NCBI RefSeq assembly: GCF_009914755.1
Contig: NC_060927.1
Reading direction: 5' to 3' (one strand)
DNA length: 64,000 bases
DNA from: the human T2T-CHM13v2.0 reference genome, Homo sapiens
Shown here: piece after piece, positions 1-17,190 of the stretch
Layout of the letters: each line of letters begins with the position of its first letter
Numbering within the stretch: position 1 is the first letter of the stretch
Notes under the pieces: model-generated
The model's input: only the letters and a program-made list of their open reading frames with translations
What the model was told of the DNA's origin: nothing
Databases searched by the model: none
Translations under genes and position numbers: made by a program

Positions 1-135
1 ATACTACAGTATAGTGTAAACATTAATTTTTGTATGCACTGGGAAATAAGAGAAATTGTATGACTGACTTTATTGTGATATTCACTTTATTGTTGCAGTC
101 TGGAACCAAATACGCAATATCTCTGAGTATGCCTA
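1..135 (+). mobile_element. Tigger1 DNA transposon, 3' end with terminal inverted repeat (continues upstream of window)
   Basis: actacagtatagtgtaaaca...gcactgggaaa...ggaaccaaatacgcaatatctctgagtatgcct matches the recalled Tigger1 3' terminus; followed by TA. Confidence 0.8.
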
Positions 136-137
136 TA

Positions 138-427
138 TAAGGAATTGGACCACGTGATTATGTAGGCTCCAGAATCCAACATCTGCTGTGTGATTATCAG
201 GCTGCAAACCCCAAAACTCAGTGTTGCAGATAAAGTCTAAGCGCAGTGTGCTGGAGAACTTTCTCTTGCTCAAAGAGGCTAGTCTTTTTATCCTACTCAG
301 GCAATCAGCTGATTGAATAAGGCCCATCCACATTATAAAGGATAAAGTTTTACTCAAATTTCACTGACTTAAAGGTTGATCTCATCCAAAACACCTCCAA
401 GCTGACACATAAAATTAACCATCACAC
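138..427 (-). mobile_element. MLT2-family (ERVL) LTR fragment
   Basis: ends caagctgacacataaaattaaccatcaca (reverse complement of the MLT2 start tgtgatggttaattttatgtgtca); begins taaggaattgg..cacgtgattatg. Confidence 0.8.
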
Positions 428-769
428 ATAATAAATGTGACTATTACTGCTTTTTATTGATTTTTTCCCTTCAAGTAACAGTAGACGGCACTCAGGCTCT
501 GTTTAACAGCGATTAGTTAACAGCCCTGCATTGCAGGTGTTTGAGGAATATATTAGGCTGGCAAAAATAATTTTGCATGGCATAATAAAAATGTAATGGG
601 TTAATAAAAATTAATCTTTATGATTTTTTATATGCTACATCCTCAGAAATCAATGGGACTCACAAAAAATAATACATAAAACAACATCCCAGTTTCTTAG
701 GCTCAATGTCACATTTTTAGTATATATATATTTTTTTGGTAATTTGCAATTAAGGTATAGAGGAGGTTT

Positions 770-985
770 AGAATAGAGTCAGACTGCTTAGGATTAAATC
801 CTCATCTGATGTATTAGAAGCTGGGTTATTGCAGACAAGTCACTTAATCTCTGTTTCTTAATTTTCTCAGCTATAAAATAATATTAATAGAACCATCTTC
901 ATGGGTAGTTAGAAGAATTAAATAAGGCAATATTTGTAAAGTGCTTAGAAGAGTGCCTGGCTATTAGTAAGTGCTATATGTGTTT
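770..985 (+). mobile_element. MIR SINE
   Basis: gagtcagactgc...caagtcacttaatctctgtt...gtaaagtgcttagaagagtgcctggc core and tail. Confidence 0.8.
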
Positions 986-1938
986 ATTTTACATTAAGAA
1001 GAAATAAATAATTGTCCCACCTTAAGCAAGGGCCTTTTCATCTTCTGTGAATTGACTTTGAAGAAATGCAATATCACAGTGACCACTCTAACTAATTAAA
1101 ATTTTCAAGTTCGCTTAAACTTTTTACATAAGTAAAAAACAGTGGGCTTGAAAGTGTTTGGATAATATATGCTCTTCAATAGTTAGACTTGTTTGTATGA
1201 GCAGGATAATGGTAGTTCTCTCTAGTAGAGAAATAAAGTTGTCTGTGTCTTTAAGACACGTGAGTGTATAAACAATAAGCAGACAGTTTAATCTCTTTGT
1301 TAAGGAAAGAGTCAGCACATTAGGTGAAGTGGAGTTGGTGGGAGTTAATTCAGGTGTGTGGCATTGTGAACACAAAATAATTTTTTAACCAGTTTTTCTC
1401 TTTTTTTCAGTTTCCACCTGGTAGATGTAATGATACATAAGCCCATATCCATGGAAAATATTCCCAGAGGAAGGGCGGTGGTAAAGTTGGGTAATTTCTT
1501 CTTTAGCTGTGTTTGATACAGTATTGGATTATGATATTCAGTCTCTGGTTTACCAAAGACCATATATGCCATTTATGTGCCCTAGGATGAGCAATAAATC
1601 AGGCCATTTCCAAGCATTTAGTCTAATAATTGTATTATGCTGCCCTAAGAACTTCGAGATTGTTCAAAAATTTGAAATTTTTTTCTAGATTTTTGATATC
1701 AAATGTACTCTTTAAAGCAACTCCTACAGATAAATCACATCAACTGTGCTGGGTTAAAAGACAAGAAAACATATATCAATCTCCTTAGGCTTAGGTGGGC
1801 AAGCACAAGTTGACTAACCAAGGAGATTTATGTGGCTTCGATATTGCAGTTGCATTCAACCTCTGTTTCATCAGCAATAGATGTTGATGTTCATTTCTAA
1901 TTACTGACTGGCTCTCCAGCTCTTGTACTGCAAGAGAT

Positions 1939-1955
1939 TGGGTCAAAATGACCCA
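1939..1955. promoter_or_regulatory. Perfect palindromic estrogen response element (GGTCAnnnTGACC)
   Basis: TGGGTCA-AAA-TGACCCA; core 1941-1953; motif only, function untested. Confidence 0.45.
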
Positions 1956-4900
1956 GAAGAGTAAAAACCTGACAGTGAGGAAGGCCAGCATTTCCACAAA
2001 AGCGTATCCTTGTCATGTTTATATCAGAAATTTAAGGCCTGATTCCACACAAAGTAGAGAATGTATGGGTATCTTAATACACAGAAATAACAAGAAAAGA
2101 TCACAAGAGCATGATGTTAGACTTGAAGAACTTTATTTTTTAACTGTGGTGAAATAAAAATGTAAATAAGCTATACTTCCATGCTCATGAAATATATGAG
2201 GGTGTCATAACCCTGATATAGACAAGCATCATATGTCCCTGGGAATGTGAAGATAGTTCAGGCAATCATTACCAATGGCAATGATTCTACTCTTTCCTTA
2301 TTATTGATAGAAATTTAAAAGATATATTTTATATTAATTCATAACAGTGTATTAATATTTGATATTACTCTTAATTTATAGTTGCACCTGTAGGTTTGTA
2401 GTCTTTCTACCTTATTTTTGAGATATGCAGATATTAAATGTTTTCTTATTTTAATTCATGTTTAATTTGTGGTTAAATGACCCTTTCCTGCCCTAAAGTT
2501 ATAAATTATTTACCCAGGAGTCTTGCAGATAGTTACATGGTTGTATATTTTACATTTAAATCTAGTATTTGTTTTGGTGTAAACAATGAAAAAAGTCCAT
2601 ATTTATTTTTAACACCATTTATCATATGCCCCAATTTATCTTTACTAATTTTGTAAATAATTTTTATAATGTATTATATTTCCATTACACTTGAGTCTAA
2701 TATACAGTCTCTCAATCAATTCCTATGTCACTTCCACACTGCTTTTTAATTTATGAAACTTTATAGCACATTCACTATTGATAGAACTAGGCCTCATATT
2801 TTTGTTTTTCCTATTATTTTAATATTTTTTATATTTATTCCTACAGATGTTCTTTCAAGTCATTGTTTTTATAATGTTAAATATGTCATAATATTCAAGG
2901 TGTTAAAAAAAAGCACTTGGGTGAATTTGATTGAAATTGATTGCATAGCACTTACAGGTTAAGTAAGGGAGAACTGACAAATTTCAATTTTTTCCTATTT
3001 GAGAACTAAATATATCTATCTCTAGCAGTCTTTCATCCATAAAAAGTTTCAGAGTTTTAGATGTATTTTCTCATATTGTTCTAGCATGTTTTGTATTATT
3101 AATAATAGATTTTCTATTTTTATAATATTTTGATTGTGTTTATAGATAAAAAGCTACTGAATTTATGTCTCAAATCATTTAAATGAATTCATTAATAAAA
3201 ACCATCTTCATAGATTTATAAAGCAATAGTCCTGATATTTCATTTTCTCTGTGGATAATGCCTGGGGAATGTATACAGAAAGAATCCTCAGGTTCATTGC
3301 AATAGTTTCCAATTCCCCCAGCACTTAGATGTCTACATGTTTGTGAGCCACTAAATGATCAAATTATTTAAATTCACTCTTCCTAGATGCATCTGTATTT
3401 CACATTCACATTGAGTCTTTGTAAAGTTTGTCAAAGTATAATTCATATGAGTTGCAGAATTTGAGAGGTAGATGAAACTATAAACATTATTGAGTCTAAT
3501 CCATTAAATGTTTCCCATACTTCAAAATATATTGGTCTTTAAAAAATTGAAATATTTTAGTTTTTTAAATGAAATATGATCATCATTCTTCCATTGCTCC
3601 AATTACTGAACATTGGTTGATTGTATTATGCTATCACAATGTTGAGTAAATGGCCAGGGACCAACTGCAGTGGCAGCTGCTCATTTTACTGTAACTACAA
3701 AGCTGATATCCAGAAAAAAACTGCTATGTCCATAAGGCAACTGATCTTCTCAGTGGTAGATCAGGGTCTCTGATTCCCCTGAGGTTGGGCAGGGAGCCCA
3801 GAAGAATAATTTATTAGTGTCAAAAAAGAGATTACTTGGACAAGTATGGGTAACAAACACAGTCCCTGATGCAGCACAGTTCCTCTACCAAGTTTCATAG
3901 TGGCAAAAATCATAAATCTTTCTTGTTTAAGTAACAGATGTCTCACTATTTTTTATATTTGTTAAACCAGGAATGAGTCAATTCCTATAGGTCCATAATC
4001 AAGAAATAGGTTAAATACCAAGGATGAGATCTACTGCCTAGGCTGTTTGTCAGGAATCAGGGGAAAAGGCTCATGTTTTTGTCCCAGACTCCTTAATGGA
4101 ATATATTAATAGTATTCAACTACATTAAAAAATAAACAGATGATATGTCATAACATCAACTGAAAAAGTCTAAACCTTCTTACAGAAGTTCTTATCAACT
4201 GAAAATGGAGTATTATCTCTTGTTGGCAGCTTGAATGGAATGAGTCTATAAAAGTAACCTTCTCTTATCCTTACTAGTATCTAATTTTTCAGCATAGATT
4301 TATTTTAAGATTTGTCTTACGGTAAGAATCCCATGGGGTTAAAGTTAGCTATGTTACTATGTTTTTAACAGTGTCGTGAAGTTAATGTCGGCACCATTTA
4401 GTCAGTTACCTAAGCTTCCCAATTCGCTTCCTCAATGTGTGTTAAATTTTCAATCTCTTCAATGTCTTCTGTTCCAAAATGATAACGTAAGATCTGCATA
4501 TTTTAGCCCCTCTGATATCTAGCAGTTAACCTTATTCTGGCCTACCACTTGCTCGAGATGTGGCAGTCGTGTTTACTGACTATGGCAGGAAAAAAAGATG
4601 AACTTCCTTTAGGGACAGAATAGAGAGAAGTTCAAGATGTCTGATAAAATCCATGGAGGCGGTTAATTATAAATTGGAGGTGATTGCTAATAAAGGCCAT
4701 ATCAAAGGCTTATTCTATGTACGCAGGAGAATGAATAAAATCCAGGGTTAGGAAAGCAACGAGGAATCTCTGACTACACGTCCAGCCTATTGAGAGGCAC
4801 TCGTTCATATGCATCTGATGATCTAATAGGCTATTTTGTCTTGTGTCTTTGCAGATGTGGTTTTCCCACGGAAGGCTTTTTCTCTCTGGCCAGCATACTA

Positions 4901-5399
4901 AACTCCTTCTCATATTTAAAATTGAACTCTGATAAGGCCTTCACTAACTCTTCTATTACTCCTCTCACCCAAAAACCTGATACTCTCTTCCTGCCAGAAT
5001 GTTAGCTAATACCTATAGGTAGTTTATATAGGAGATGGAAGAATGACCCCAAGAACCTGAAGACAATAAAAATAAGAGCTCCCTTCAAGAGTTAGCTGCA
5101 TACACAGTCACAGTGAAGAGTTAGAATAACTTCTGGACTATGGTAATTCCATATGAATAGAAATGCTGATATTAGCATATCTAAAGGACACTTCCAAGAG
5201 TAAAATAGCTATTAAGTTCAGGAAAGAACAAGAAGTGTCTCTAAGGCATATGTTGGTAGTCTACATTTGGGTACTAACTGTTCGGTCAATACTTATTACT
5301 ACCTATCTTAGCAGCAGTTATAAAATGGTTGGTGATTTAATTCATTTCAAATAAGATTTAGATTTAGGAAGGAGAAGGGGATGTGACAGGGACTTGAGG

Positions 5400-5597
5400 T
5401 GCTGAGTTCCATTTGTGGAATTTTGTTTTTATGTGCCTATGTGCCTCCAGGCATGTAAACAGAGATACAAGATAGACTGCCAAGCCTAGAGGTATACATT
5501 TAGTGTTTATCAATGAACTGATGAATCTATAAGCCCTATGAGTAGGTGAGATTGCCAGGGTGAGAATAGAAAAAAACAAGTGGCAGGGACTAGGGTT
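5400..5597 (-). mobile_element. L2 LINE fragment (left half of a split element)
   Basis: gctgagttccattt...gccctatgagtaggtgagattgccagggtgag...agggactagggttctg resembles the purine-rich antisense L2 strand. Confidence 0.5.
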
Positions 5598-7518
5598 CTG
5601 ATTTTAAGGGAAAAGTGCTCAGCTTGTCACGATTGAGTATGTTAGCTGTTGGTTTGTCATATAAGCCTTTTGTTATTTTATTATATGTCAAGTTACATTT
5701 ATTCTATACCTATTTTGTTGATAACTTATTTCATGAAAGGATATTAAATTTTGTCAAATGCTTTGCCTGCATCTATTGACATGATCATATGATTTTTATT
5801 CTTCATTCTACTAATGTGGTATATCATATTCTTTGATTTGTGTGTGTTAAATCATCCTTGCATCCCACGAATAAATACCACTTGATCATGATGTATGATC
5901 CTTTCAGTGTGCTACTGTATTTAGTTTGAAAGTACTGTTTTAGTTTTCCCCATCTACGTTTTTCAGAGTTTTTGCCAGGCAATTTTCTCTTTTTGCAGTG
6001 TCCTTGTCTGGCTTTGGCAGCAGGGTAAGGCTGGTCCTGTGAAATGAGTTTGGAAATGTTCCCACCTTATCAATTTTTTGGAAGAGTTTGAGAAATAGTG
6101 ACATTATTTCTTCTTTAAGTGTTTTGTAGAATTTGGCAATGAACCCATCAGGTCCTAGCTTTTCCTCATTGGAAGGTTTTAGATGATTGATACAATCTCC
6201 TTGTCGTGATTGGTCTTTTTCACTTTTCTATTTTGTCATGATTCAATTCTAGTAGGTCATATGATTTAGAAATTATCTGTTTCTTCTAGTTTACTCAATT
6301 TGTTAGTGTATAATTGTTCACAGTAGTCTTTTCTGATCCTTTGTATTTATTTACATGGTATCAGTTGTAATATCTCCTCTTTCTTTTGTAATTTTATTTG
6401 AGTCCTCTTTATTTCTTGATTAATCTTGTTAAACGTTTGGCAATTTCATTTGCTTTTTCAAAAGTCACCCCAGTTTTATTGATTTTTGGTGTTTCTAGTT
6501 TGCGTTTTATTTATTTATTGTATGATTTTTAATATCCTTTTCCTTCTGTTGATTTTTAGGCTTAGTTTATTCTTTTTCTAGTTCTTTAAGGTATAAAGTT
6601 GGGTTGTTTATTTGAGACATTTCTCTTTTCTTAATGTGGGCATTTATTGCTGTTAACTTCCCTCTCAGAATTGCATTTGCTGCATCTCATAATTCTGGGT
6701 ATATTATGCTTTTATCTTGTCTCAAGATAATTGTTGACTTCTCCTTTCATTTCTTCTTTGATTCATCAGTTCTTCAGTAGTGTGTTGTTTAATTTCCACA
6801 TATTTGTGAATTTTTCAATTTTCTTCCTGTTATTGATTTCTAGTTTTATACTACTGTGGTCAGAAAAGATACTTATTATGATTTAATTATTTTTAATTCT
6901 CTTAAGATTTATTTTTTGTCCCAACAAAAAATTTGTTCTGAAGCATGTTCTGTATGTGCTTAAAAAGAATGTGAATTCTGCTCTCTTGGGTGAAATAGTG
7001 TTTTTTTCTGTTAGGTCCATTTGGTCTATAGTGTTATTCAAGTCTGCTTTTTTTCTATTTATTTTCTATATGGATCATCTGTCTATTATTGAAATTGGGG
7101 TGTTGAAGTCCCCTGCTATTTTTGTATTGCTGTCTATTTCTCCCTTCAGTTCTATTAATATTTGCTTTATATACTTAGGTGTTCCAATATTGTGTGCATA
7201 TATATATACAGTTGTTATATCTTCTTGATGAATTGACTTCTTTATCATTACATAATGACCTTTTTTGTCTCATGTCAGTTTTTGACTTACGGTCTATTTT
7301 GAGGTATAGGATATACATATAGCCACATTACCTTTCACTACTATTTGCATGGAATATCTTTTTTTATACCTTCGCTTTCAGCTTATGTGTGTCCTTAAAG
7401 CTAAAGTGAATCCCTTGTAGGTAGTATAAAATTGGATTTCTTTATCTATTCATCCCACCACTGTATGCATTTTGATTGGATAATTTAGGCCATTTACATA
7501 TTGTTAAGTAATCATATA
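5598..7518 (-). mobile_element. Old L1 (L1MA/L1MB-type) ORF2 region, degenerate
   Basis: T-rich antisense L1 motifs, e.g. tgcatctattgacatgatcatatgattttt, gtgttgaagtcccctgctatt, ccatttacat. Confidence 0.85.
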
Positions 7519-7522
7519 CTGT

Positions 7523-7750
7523 CAGTCATCTCTCAATGTGAATGAGGGATTGGTTCTAGAACCCTCCACAGATACCAAAATCCATGATACTCAAGTTTCT
7601 TATATTAAATGGCATAGCATTTGCATAGAACCTATGCACATCCTCTCATATACTTTAAATCATCTCTAGATTATTAAAATAGTTGATAGAATGTAAATGC
7701 TATGTAGTTGTTAAACTGTGCTATTTTTCTCGTTGTTTTTTATTATTTTT
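7523..7750 (+). mobile_element. MER2 DNA transposon, 5' part
   Basis: cagtcatc...gggattggttctagaaccc...gataccaaaatccatg...tactttaaatcatctctagatta matches MER2. Confidence 0.85.
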
Positions 7751-11656
<3,906 letters not shown>

Positions 11657-12117
11657 TACTCCTGTCATTATATTGATTTCTGACTGTTTTGTGCTTCCTT
11701 TTTTCTATTCTTCTATTGTAAATTAGGTGATTTTCTCTAATGTTTTGCATTGATTTATTTGTCTTTATCTTTTATGTATCTACTACAAGTTTTGTCTTTA
11801 TGGTTACCATAAAAAGTATATAAAACTCTTATAAATAAAACAACTTAATTTCAACTGTATACAAAAATTCTACACTTTTTCTCCTCTCCCATATTTTGTT
11901 ACTGTTGTAACCATGTTTGTCTTATATGTATTGTGCATATATTGACAGATTATTGTAGCTATAATTATTTTTAATGCTTTTGTCTTTTAACTTTTATGCT
12001 AGAATTAAAAGTGATTTATGTATTACCATTACAGTATTAGAGCAATATGAATTTGACCATATTCTAACCTTTATGGTAAGTTTTATATTTTTTTATGTTT
12101 TCATGGTGTTAGTTAGC
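11657..12117 (-). mobile_element. Old L1 continuation (ORF2 start/inter-ORF region)
   Basis: tcctgtcatt...ggttaccat...aaaagtgatttatgtattaccattacagtattag typical of L1M inter-ORF sequence. Confidence 0.7.
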
Positions 12118-12156
12118 AAGGGATGTCCTGCAGCCTAGGTCTGTGGGAGAGGAACC

Positions 12157-14437
12157 TGATATGATTTGGCTGCATCCCCACCCAAATCTCATCTTGAATT
12201 GTACTCCCATAATTCCCATGTGTTGTGTGAGGGACCCAGTGGGAGATAATTTGAATCATGGGGGCAGTTTCCCTCATACTGTTCTTTTGGTAGTGAGTAA
12301 GTTTCAAGAGATCTGATGATTCTATCAGGGGTTTCCACTTCTGCATCTTCCTCATATTACCTTGCTGCCACCATGTAAGAAGTGTGTTTTGCCTCCTACC
12401 ATTATTCTGAGGCATCCCCAGCCATGTGGAACTGTAAATCCAATTAAACCTCTTTTTCTTTCCAGTCTCAGGTATGTCTTTATCAGCAGCATGAAACGGA
12501 CTAGTTTGCTAAATTTGTACCAGTAGAGTGGGGCATTGATGAAAATATAACTGAAAATGTGGAAGCGACTTTGGAACTGGGTAACAGGCAGAGGTTGGAA
12601 TGGTTGGGAGGGCTCAGAAGAAGACAGGAAAGTGTGGGAAGGTTTGGAACTTCCTAGAGACTTATTGAATGACTTTGTCCAAAAGCCTGATAGCAATATG
12701 GACAGTAAGGTATAGGCTGAGGTGGTCTCAGATGGAGATGAGGAATTTGCTGGGAGCTGGAGCAAAGGTAACTCCTATTATGTTTTAACAAAGGGATTGG
12801 TGGCATTTTGCCCCTGCCCTAGAGATCTGTAGAACTTTGAACTTGACAGGATGATTTAGGGTATCTGACAGAAGAAATTTTTCTAAGCAGCAAAGCATTC
12901 AAGAGGTGACTTGGGTGCTGTTAAATGCATTCCATTTTGTAAGGGAAGCAGAGCACAAAAGTTTGGAAAATTTGCATCCTGACAATATGATAGAAAAGAA
13001 AAAACCCATTTTCTGAGGAGAAATTCAAGCCAGCTGCAGAAATTTGCATAACTAATGAGGAGCTAAATGTTAATCACCAAGACAGTGGGGAAAATGTCTC
13101 AGGGCACATCAGAGGTCTTCATAGCAGCCCCTCTCATTACAGATCTGGAGGCCTAGGAGAAAATGGTTTCATGAGCTGAGCCCAGGGTCCCCAGGCTATG
13201 TACAACCTAAGGACATGGTGCCATGTGTCACAGCTCCTCCAACTGTGGCTGAAAGGGGCCAACGTAGAGCTCGAGTTGTGACTTCAGAGGGTGCAAGCCT
13301 CAAGCCTTGGCAGCTTCCATGTGCTATTGAGACTGCAAGTACACAGAAGTAAAGAATTGGGGTTTGAGAACCTCTGCCTAGATTTCAGAAGATGTAGGAA
13401 AATACCTGGATGTCCAGGCAGAAGTTTGCTGCAGGAGTGGGGTGCTCAAGGAGAACCTCTGCTAGGGCAGTGTAGAAAGGAAATGTGGGGTCAAAGCCCC
13501 CACACAGAGACCCTACTGGGGCACCACCTAGTGGAGCTATGAGAAGAGGGCCACTGTCTTCCAGACCCCAGAATGGTAGATCCACCAACAGCTTTCAACA
13601 TTCATCTGGAAAAGCCACAGGCACTCAATACCAGCCTGTGAAAGCAGCTGGGAGGGACGCTGTGCCCTACAAACCCGCAGTGGTGGAGCTGTCCAAGACC
13701 ATGGGAACCCATCTCTTGCATCAACATGACCTGGATGTGAGACCCGAAGTCAAAGGAGATCATTTTGGAGCTTTAAAATTTGACTGCCCCACTGGATTTT
13801 GGACTTGCATGGGCTCTGTAACCCTTGTGTTTTGGCCAATTTCTCCCATTTGCAATGACTGTATTTACCCAATACCTGTACCCCAATTGTATCTAGGAAG
13901 TTACCAGTTTGCTTTTATTTTACAGGCCCATAGGCAGAAGGGACTTGCCTTGTCTCAGATGAGACTTTGGATTGTGGACTTTTTAGTTAATGTTGAAATG
14001 AGTCAAGATTTTGCAGAACTATTGGGAAGGCATGATTGGTTTTGCAATGTGAGGACAAGAGATTTGGAGGGGCCAGAGGCAGAATGATATGGTTTGGCTC
14101 TATCCCCATCCAAATCTCATCTTGAATTATACCTCCAGAATTCCCAAGTGTTGTGGGAAGAGCCCAGTGGGAAATAATTTGAATCATGGGGTCAGCTTCC
14201 CCCATTCTGCTCTCTGGGCAGTGATTAAGTCTCACAAGATCTGATGGTTTTATCAGAGTTTTCTGCTTTTGCATCTTCCTCATTTTCTCTTGCCACCACC
14301 ATGTAAGAAGTGCCTTCTACCTCCTGCAATGATTCTGAGGCCTGCCAAGCCATGCGGCACTGTAAGTCCCATTAAACCTCTTTTCCTTCCCAGTCTTGGG
14401 TATGCCTTTATCAGCAGTGTGAAAACAGACTAATATA
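12157..14437 (+). mobile_element. Complete THE1A-like MaLR provirus: 5' LTR ~12157-12508, internal ~12509-14084, 3' LTR 14085-14437
   Basis: Both LTRs begin tgatatg.tttggct..atcccca.ccaaatctcatcttgaatt; the 3' LTR ends cagactaatata; purine tract ggaggggccagaggcagaa precedes the 3' LTR; degenerate 5-bp TSD gaacc/gtact. Confidence 0.92.
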
Positions 14438-14680
14438 GTACTGTAGCTCATTACTGAGTTTCACTGAAGCAGAAGTGGCCCCTAGGTTGGCTAGAGGATG
14501 AAGCTGTGGGGGCCATCTTGGACCCTGGGTCTACTGAAGCATGGGACTACAGTGGCTAACTTGGAGCCTGGGGCCAAGGGGACCACTGTGATGACTGATG
14601 GTAAAGAAGTTGGCCTGACACTGTAATGAGCCTGGAGTCTGGGGCCAAAGGAGCCAGCCTAATGCTGGTGACAGACTGGG
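14438..14680 (-). mobile_element. GC-rich old L1 5'UTR-like sequence (with 12118-12156, host of the THE1 insertion)
   Basis: Repeated ggagcctggggcc/ggagtctggggcc motifs resembling L1M 5'UTR monomers. Confidence 0.5.
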
Positions 14681-15027
14681 ATGTTTATTTCTGTTGTTGA
14701 GTTGTAACAGTTCTTTACATGTTCTGGCTATTACATCCTCATCTGATATATAATTTGCAAATATTTTAATCCATCCTGTGGGTATTTTCACTCTCTTGGT
14801 AGTATTCTTTGATGCGCAAACTTTTTTTTTATTTTGGTGAAGAAAAACAATGTATTTAATTAATTTTTCTTTTGTTGCCTTGCTTTTAGTGACATATTTA
14901 AGAAACTATTGGTCAAATCTCTGGTCATGAAGATTTTCTCCCATGCTTTCTACTAACATCTTTATAGTTTTAGCTCTTAAATTTAGGTATGCTCTATTTT
15001 AAATTAAGTTTTGTACCTGGTGTGGGG
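14681..15027 (-). mobile_element. Old L1 ORF2 3' fragment
   Basis: ttgttgagttgtaacagttcttta...ttgcaaatatttt...ggtcatgaagattttctcc. Confidence 0.75.
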
Positions 15028-15226
15028 TCCTGTGTTCTCAATACTGAATATGTTTTGTATTCATGGCCCCAAGTGAAAATTTATGATTAGCTGAGTTAGA
15101 TTCACACTTCATCCTACTACCATCTCTCAGCCCCGGTGAATTTCCAGGAAAGTAGGTATGAAGGATACATGGCTTCTTATATATCTATGTCTGTATGTAT
15201 CTATATATCATATCATATATATATCC

Positions 15227-15352
15227 TATCAGTGGTCACCAGGGATTGAGGGGAAGAGGGGACGGAAGTATGTATAGGCAGAGCACAGAGCATTTCTAGA
15301 GCAGTCAAAACATTCTCTATGACTAGGATAGTGGATATCATTGTACATTTGT
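15227..15352 (+). mobile_element. L1MC/L1MB-type 3'UTR fragment
   Basis: atcagtggtcaccaggg...gagcacagagcatttctagagcagt...gtacatttgt. Confidence 0.6.
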
Positions 15353-15354
15353 TT

Positions 15355-15560
15355 TGCTGAAAGATCGAGTGAGATGAGAGCTAAAAATTTTCTTTAAATG
15401 CTATAGCATGAAATCACCGTGGACCTCACCAAGAGCTCTTGTGTTGAAGATACTCAATTAGAAAAAGTTGGGGAGTGAATAAGTAGTGCAGAAATGGAAA
15501 GAAAATGTATAGACAACACTTTCAAGATAATAAGGGGAAAAAGAAAGCAAATTATGAAAG
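15355..15560 (-). mobile_element. L2 LINE fragment (right half of the split element; degenerate L2-like sequence may extend to ~16400)
   Basis: gctgaaagatcgagtgagatgagagctaaaaa...gggagtgaat...tagacaacactttcaag. Confidence 0.5.
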
Positions 15561-16778
15561 GAGTAATTTTTGTTTTCTTTAAAGATGAGATTAGAAAGAA
15601 GGAATAATCTAAGTTTATTTTAAAAGTCAAAAGTATAAGAAACCACAGTACAGATAGTGAAAGGACTAGAACCAGAAAAAAAAGAAAAGGATGGGTATAT
15701 TTATATATACTTTTGTAGGTTTAGTGTCAGAAAATTGAGAGTTCCTATCCAATTACTTGCATTTTCTCAGGAAAGTAAGAAGCAATGTCTTCTGCTAATA
15801 GTGTATGTGAGTGTGAAAGCTGGTAGGAAGGAGTTTCGATAAGATGATGACCATTGCACAAAACAGACAAAATATCTTCCTTGGTATAATTTACAAATAT
15901 ATTTATTGAAACAATGAACAAGAGATTTTACATTGTATGACAAAAAAAGTGAAAATAGGAAAGAGTAATGCATCTATAATGAAAGAGTCATAGGGCTGGA
16001 ATTTCTGATTATGGGGATGAAAGTTTCTAGTGGGAATAGCGAGAAAGGAATTTGAGTGAAGAGGAATGCCATTAAATCTCTGCCAAATTCTTCAGAGAGT
16101 AGGGGACAGAGGGGAAGGACTGACCGAAGTATCAGGAGAAGAGAAAATAGATAAGAAGAGGTAAAAGGTAATTGAAGATAATGGTGTAAATCTTAATGAT
16201 GTAGGAAGTTTTATTAAACTCATCATAAATACAATGATTATGTAATAATCATCATGGAGCTGCAATGGAAAGGAAAAAAATGACACAATTCTGCCTCCTG
16301 ACCATCAGGGAAATAAGCTCAAAAGGAAAAGATGCAGAGGAAGTGGCATCCTCAAAGAGGAGGAAAGTGTAAGCTGGGGGAATGCAAGAAAAGTAGCTGG
16401 CACATGATTTGTGACTCTTCATTAAATTGAGTCCCAATGATTTCTTGGACAAAAATGAATATTGAGTCAGTGCACAGAGGACATATTTCAACCTGCTTGA
16501 GATGGCACTTGGCAAGCAATAGAGGTTCTATCAAAGACTAACTCGGCTGGCACTACATCAGCATATGGTCCATTAGGCTGTGTGAAAATTGACAAAATGG
16601 AGTCATGCAAATGAGGGCCACACAGCCATCTTTCCTTGCTCTGCTACTCTGCTAACATAGCAATATTCTAATTAGGTGGCTTCTCATACAGGTTTCTTAC
16701 AGAGAGGGAATATGCTTGGAAAACAAATATGAATGTCTAACCTTCATATAATTGTATTTCTTACTAGAAATTAATGAA

Positions 16779-16782
<4 letters not shown>

Positions 16783-16828
<46 letters not shown>
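16783..16828. repeat. (TA)23 microsatellite
   Basis: Pure TA run. Confidence 0.97.
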
Positions 16829-16830
<2 letters not shown>

Positions 16831-17084
16831 TTTTATACATTTTTTTCGTGAACATTGTGAGGGTAAATCAGAAACCTCAGGGGATCAATTCTGGAACACT
16901 GGAAGATTCAGACACAGCCAGAGTTTTAGCCAACTCTGGATTTACTTTTATTACTGAAAACAAGTCTATTAACACTGAATGTATCTATAGCCTGAGAGCC
17001 TCTATAATAATGGAGCCTGAGAGCCTCCATTGCCCTGAAAATAAACTATAGCTTCTATGTGTGTCTTGCCTACAAATCCATGTT

Positions 17085-17190
17085 TGGAAGACAGAAATGA
17101 TGTCTTATTTGCTTTATATCTGCAGTATCTAGAGCAGTGCCTAGTATGTGTGAAACAAATATGTAATAGTTTTTGAAATGAATTGAATAG
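17085..17190 (+). mobile_element. L2 3' end
   Basis: atctagagcagtgcctagta...ttgaaatgaattgaat. Confidence 0.55.

Noticed and set aside
4830-4860. Strong plus-strand acceptor-like tracts here and at ~1410, ~18754 and ~30770
   Set aside because: No convincing paired donor or open frame; such tracts are common in T-rich DNA
12110-12125. ORF1-less junction in the old L1 as another spliced element
   Set aside because: The junction sequence does not resemble an exon-exon join; ordinary deletion is more likely
13485-14087. 200-aa ORF
   Set aside because: Lies wholly within the THE1 internal region; a MaLR ORF remnant with no evidence of domestication
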